A stretch of 56,076 nt of DNA, the filler included, from Platydemus manokwari (lineage: Eukaryota): assembly GCA_037951405.1 (NCBI GenBank). It is 5 parts of 5 records of this genome, joined end to end, with 100 filler letters (N's around TTAATTAATTAA, not from the genome) between each part and the next. Parts side by side here need not be neighbours in the genome. Positions count along the whole stretch, not along the records: positions 46,196 to 56,076 come from JBBMOY011193210.1; 4 more parts are not named here. One strand, given 5' to 3'. The position numbers and the translations under genes are program-made. The notes below the pieces were generated by a model, which saw only the letters and a program-made list of their open reading frames with translations, had not been told where the DNA came from and searched no databases. Position 1 is the first letter of the stretch; each line of letters begins with the position of its first letter. Positions 53,967 to 56,076 of the stretch are shown piece after piece.

Positions 53967-56035
53967 TCATGTTGCTCCGAAAAAACTTTGTTTGACGACA
54001 ATTTGTGAAATCGGTTTGAAACAGATCACACAATTTTGGATATCCGTATAACAAATATGACAAATGGAGTGACCACATTGAAACAAAATATTATCGTAAT
54101 TGGTATAACAGACCACGCAATTACCCTAAATAATAATTATTTTTGCCTTTTTTAAAAGGGTATATTTTTACCATTAATTGACCTTGTAAATCAATTATCT
54201 TCGTTTTTATGTCATCCGCTTGACAAGGCTAATAAATGAAGAAATCAAATTTAATTTTTGTTTATCTCAAATCTTACTTCAGGACTCCAATGTAATGATT
54301 TTTCCAAATAATTAGAAATTTCAACTTTGTCATTGAAAATACTGAAAAATAATGGATTGAATCCATCCTGGACATTTTTAATTAAAATTAGATTGGATAA
54401 TATATTGGATTACCTTGTTAATAACTTCGTGTGGAACTGTGTATTGTTTAAATATTGAAAATATTGATCTCCAATGTTTATTAGAAATTGATACATGCCA
54501 CACCGAGTTTCCATTCTAATAATTAATAAGGCATTTTCAAAGTCAGAGTTAAGCAAAATCAATTTTTTATCGAACATTTATGATGAATAACTTGTTTTAA
54601 TCTTATATTAATGACCTTGGTTATGAAATGAGATTTTAAAATCGCAAATTGTATTTCTGTTTGATAATTTTTCAAATCAGTTGAGACAATATGCGAAATC
54701 AAATACCGTGAATTAAAAAATAGTGTAAATTAATTGAAAAACCGCAATATGCAATTACCGAATTGCCAAGATGGTTTAAAATTTACAAAAAAATGAAAAA
54801 AAAACGGCATAAATAAGTCAACCCCGTATTTATCAATTTAAAATTATATTTGAAACACTAACTTTATCGAAGATATTTGAATCTGCTCCTTTATATAAGA
54901 GGAACTCTACAATTTCGGCTTTGCAAAGTCTCGCTGCAATGAGCAAAGGTGTTTCGTTCAACTGGAATAATAAAAAAGTGAATAATAATTTATAAAACAA
55001 TATAAATAAGTTTACGTTATTAACAGCGTTGATATTCACATTTAAGTTCAACAAATACCCAATATTATCTATCATGTTACCATCAAAAACAGCATAGTGC
55101 AGTGCATTGTTACCTTCCTAGAAATAAATATGAGCCTTCATTATTATTAATACATAGTGTTTATAAATTTATTAATATTTTATTTATTATTTATATTAAG
55201 ACAAAATTTTTCACAATATAAAGAATATTATAAATATAATAATGCAACCTATTGTGACGTCATTTTATAAAATATTCAGAAGACTTCATAGAAATTAAAA
55301 TACATAAAAAAGATAAATTGAAAAAACAACTGGAAATATGTCAAAGATTCGCCAAAAATTTCAAAAGTTCAACTATAATCAATAATACACACACTCATTC
55401 GTTTACTCAGATCACATCTGATTTTTTAAATGCAAACTCTATTGACCAGAGTTTCTCCATCCAACGATTGATAGTGTGCTTGGTTAATAATTGTCCAACA
55501 CATGTCAATAACTACCGCTTTTATTTGTTATGTGCACTAATATTATTTTGCTATTCCACTTATATAAGTTTCATTATAATACCAACAGTTACTAATACCA
55601 AGCTGAATATTATCAAAAATTATACATTATCTTTAACGTTAACATCTGGAATACAATTCGCTGTAAATTCAATGATACCAATATTCGCTCCCGGTAACGA
55701 TGCTGATTTGTGGAAGACTGTTGCACCATTCTGTAATGTATTCATTAAGACAATTTTAGGTTTTAAAATCAAACATTATCTGTTTTATCGAATTGTATTC
55801 CGCGTGTATACAACATATACAGATGGTGGACATCATCTAACCACTTAATAGCTGTAAATGCTATATTAGACCCATCCTGAAATATATTTTTTCAACACCC
55901 ACACATACATATATAACTCAGCGAAATTTTAATTACCGAATACACTTCGTTAGGATCTACTCCCATTTCAGTTAACTTGCAAAATTGTTCTATGTTGCTA
56001 TCCTTGATAGCATAATGTAAAACACTGTAACCTTT
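53967..56035 (-). CDS. Ankyrin-repeat + C-terminal RING (C3HC4) E3 ubiquitin ligase, Mind-bomb-like C-terminal architecture; 5' end outside window
   Basis: Exons 56035-55937, 55876-55775, 55730-55626, 55117-55016, 54961-54863, 54515-54414, 54367-54278, 54228-54172, 54125-53967, all GT-AG and phase 0; ANK motifs (GNNALHYA, NETPLLIAA); RING CVVC...CGHSICHIC...CVIC. Confidence 0.9.
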
Positions 56036-56076
56036 CTAAATAATTTTATTTTTATTCGAGATATACATACATACAC

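Noticed and set aside
55318-55848. 176-aa plus-strand ORF
   Set aside because: Antisense to well-supported ankyrin exons, non-ATG start, no motifs.
53967-56035. Gene symbol mib1/mib2
   Set aside because: Only ANK repeats and one RING are visible; the diagnostic MIB/HERC2 and ZZ domains are not in the window.

Overview
Strongly AT-rich eukaryotic (invertebrate animal) nuclear DNA, made of five contigs joined by artificial 100-bp N-TTAATTAATTAA-N spacers. Very short introns (44-68 bp) and a T-rich nad5 NUMT fit a flatworm- or orthonectid-like genome, but the taxon cannot be fixed from sequence alone. About 85% of the window is decayed mobile DNA: mariner and hAT-Buster fragments, piggyBac, three copies of one Tc1/mariner-type family, Ty3/Gypsy remnants, a mini-LTR (TRIM-like) family with solo LTRs, a NeSL/R2-group non-LTR element with a Ulp1-like domain, Polinton/Maverick integrase and ATPase pieces, LINE and probable Penelope remnants, plus a 28S rRNA pseudogene. 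Two intact spliced host genes lie at the right end on the minus strand: a 173-aa unknown protein and an ankyrin-repeat + RING E3 ligase built from phase-0, one-repeat-per-exon modules. The two most unusual signals are (1) a pol-less LTR element (elongator tRNA-Met PBS, gag) whose decayed polyprotein carries 4-5 tandem ubiquitin-like domains and a chuvirus/gB-type envelope N-terminus, and (2) a tandem pair of type III hammerhead ribozyme motifs 124 nt apart. All family assignments come from motif recognition by eye; no database searches were run.
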